Assembly: GCA_016906335.1 (NCBI GenBank)
Contig: JADEYG010000015.1
Location: 62,001 to 126,000 of the forward strand
Direction: 5' to 3'
Length of the DNA stretch: 64,000 nt
Source of the DNA: Novakomyces olei
Taxonomy: Eukaryota
The notes beneath the pieces were generated by a model, which was given only the letters and a program-made list of their open reading frames with translations, was not told the origin of the DNA and did no database searches. Below, in pieces: positions 62,186 to 64,000 of this stretch. Numbering within the stretch: the first letter of the stretch is position 1; each line of letters begins with the position of its first letter. A program made the translations under genes and the position numbers.

Positions 62186-64000
62186 TCACAGCAACGCATT
62201 CGACGACAAATCGGGCAGATCATCGCTATAATCAGTCGTATCACTGCCTTCACTTTTCTGGCTGCTTTCCTCGCAAGGCAGATCGTCTTCGTCAGATACG
62301 ATCCGCCTTCTTCGACTCTGGTCGAGAGAACGAAATTTGCGTTTTTTTTGCCCATTAACTTTAACTCCTTCCGTATCAGAATTAACAGCCGAGTGTTGAG
62401 GTAAGTTCAACGGCCGATCGGCCAGAACTTTAGGCGACACAAAGCTCCATTCGTCTTTTGGTTGGTCCTTTGTGGGAAAATCAAGGTCGAGTCTTAAATA
62501 TCGTTGAGGGTCCCATCTATCGATTGCTTTTGCAAGAGCGTGGATGGCCCTTGTCCGCCGTGAACAGGGAACAATAGTATGAGAGTTGCAAGGCAAATGA
62601 GATAAGCGTGATACTGAGGGCCCAAGTAGTCCAGCGTCAGGGCAGCCAAATCTCCGTAGCAATTGGGAGAATTGTTCGTCTGAAAGCAAACCAGAGTCTG
62701 TATTTTCAAAGCAGAGCGAATGTAAAAGCCGCAACTCTGTATTACCGTTAAAACCACCTCGGCTCGAATAAGAGGAATTGTTTTCCGTATCAGAATCGTC
62801 GTCAGAATCAATGTTAATTTTGGTTTTATTCGTCACTTTATTCTTTACTTTATTTTTATTTTTATTTCCCGCCTTTGGATGGCTCTGCACAAACAGAGTC
62901 AGGGCATTGTCCGGAGTGGACGGTTTCTCGATTGCGCGCATATCACACTCTGGCCGGATTCCATACGGAATAATCCGCTTTGACTCTGTCCGCGCCAATT
63001 CGATATTCTCCTCCGTCTCCAAATCCAACTGCAGAGCCTTGTAAGCGTCCAGAGCCTTTCGCAGTTTGAAACTTTCTTTGCCGGCCACACACAAGTTGAA
63101 TATTTTACCGGCTCTTTTCCTCCCTGTTCTGCCAACTCGCTGACGGTTTCGAATCAAAGACGAGCTTTGATCATAGGAAATTACAACGTCTACTTCCCCA
63201 ATATCCAATCCTTCTTCTCCGATACTCGTGGCCACCAGTATGTTTATGTCGCCGGCCTTAAACTGGTTTATTACCGCCTCCTGCTCCTGCCTTTTCATCC
63301 CGGGGATTCCATGGGCAGCAGTGGCACTCTGGCCTACAAACAGCCGAGGCTTGAACCTTTTGTCGCCCTGCTGCTGGATACACTCGACTATCTGCAACGC
63401 ACTCTGCCGAATACTGGAAAAGATCATTACCCTCGTGTCAGCGTTATCGCCGTTATCGCCGTCGGTATCGCCGTTATCACCGACGGAGCACTCATCAAAA
63501 TGGTCACGCAAGATTTGCAGAGTAATCTCCAGCTTTGGGTGCCCTACAAACTTTGGGTCACGTGTCCAGAGTTGTAGTCTACTGTGCATTGTTCGCCAGG
63601 CCGAGGACTGTACAATGTCATTGAGCAATTTGCCTCCTCCGCCAGACTGCCTTTTCGACTGCACATCAGCATCTATTTTGCTAATGCAGTCGTGAAACGT
63701 CCTCAGTCCATGGATTTGCAGGTAATCCATAGGCCCGGCCATGAGCGACAGAATGTGATAGTAAGGGTAGACCCAGGAAGTATTATTGTTGTTGCTATTA
63801 GAATTATTTGAACTATAACGATGGGCAGCAAAATGCTGTTTCGCCGTGCGCAATCCAAACAGCGTTAGCTTACTAGGCTCGTCAATTGTCGCCAGAGCCC
63901 CGGCGGCTTTCAGTTTCCTAAACACAGGAGCAATTGCTTGGGAAAACAGGTCAAGTGTCTCCATAATATCAAGTCCAGGCTGAACTTCAAACGTATCCTC
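62186..64000 (-). CDS. MPH1: FANCM/Mph1/Fml1 DEAH helicase, 3' part (continues beyond the window)
   Basis: HPKLE..L.DHF, TRVMIFS, FVGQ, GMKRQEQ, LVATSIGEEGLDIGEVD and QRVGRTGRKRAG. Confidence 0.93.
   Translation of the reverse strand, partial: EDTFEVQPGLDIMETLDLFSQAIAPVFRKLKAAGALATIDEPSKLTLFGLRTAKQHFAAHRYSSNNSNSNNNNTSWVYPYYHILSLMAGPMDYLQIHGLRTFHDCISKIDADVQSKRQSGGGGKLLNDIVQSSAWRTMHSRLQLWTRDPKFVGHPKLEITLQILRDHFDECSVGDNGDTDGDNGDNADTRVMIFSSIRQSALQIVECIQQQGDKRFKPRLFVGQSATAAHGIPGMKRQEQEAVINQFKAGDINILVATSIGEEGLDIGEVDVVISYDQSSSLIRNRQRVGRTGRKRAGKIFNLCVAGKESFKLRKALDAYKALQLDLETEENIELARTESKRIIPYGIRPECDMRAIEKPSTPDNALTLFVQSHPKAGNKNKNKVKNKVTNKTKINIDSDDDSDTENNSSYSSRGGFNGNTELRLLHSLCFENTDSGLLSDEQFSQLLRRFGCPDAGLLGPSVSRLSHLPCNSHTIVPCSRRTRAIHALAKAIDRWDPQRYLRLDLDFPTKDQPKDEWSFVSPKVLADRPLNLPQHSAVNSDTEGVKVNGQKKRKFRSLDQSRRRRIVSDEDDLPCEESSQKSEGSDTTDYSDDLPDLSSNALL

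Overview
Gene-dense, intron-containing fungal (ascomycete) chromosomal segment. Short GT-AG introns with a CTRAY branch point close to the acceptor, plus the S. pombe/filamentous-fungus-like proteins, suggest a Taphrinomycotina-type yeast (inference). About 25 protein genes are supported: a partial HNH nuclease; a four-gene cluster at 3.5-10.7 kb (two DUF3659/'LEA-like' repeat proteins flanking two small acidic paralogues that share an 'LRLDLN..LKAKLHGDVTLS' C-terminus); a PTS1-bearing thioesterase; an intronless bacterial-type LLM monooxygenase; an aldo-keto reductase; LPD1; an amino-acid permease; a p24 protein; a VAMP7-like SNARE; a CDC3 septin; PEP7; GIT1; SEC7; prefoldin 2; APC2; POM33; a GYF protein; FMP25; U1A/U2B''; LUC7; TAD3; ATS1; RAP1; and a partial MPH1/FANCM. 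The two best candidates for undescribed biology are (1) the four-gene cluster, with shared CRE-like promoter motifs and a conserved terminal intron, and (2) a ~750-nt strongly base-paired non-coding region (2290-3050) behind a TATA box and 72-bp repeats. All family assignments come from reading motifs by eye; no searches or folding programs were run.
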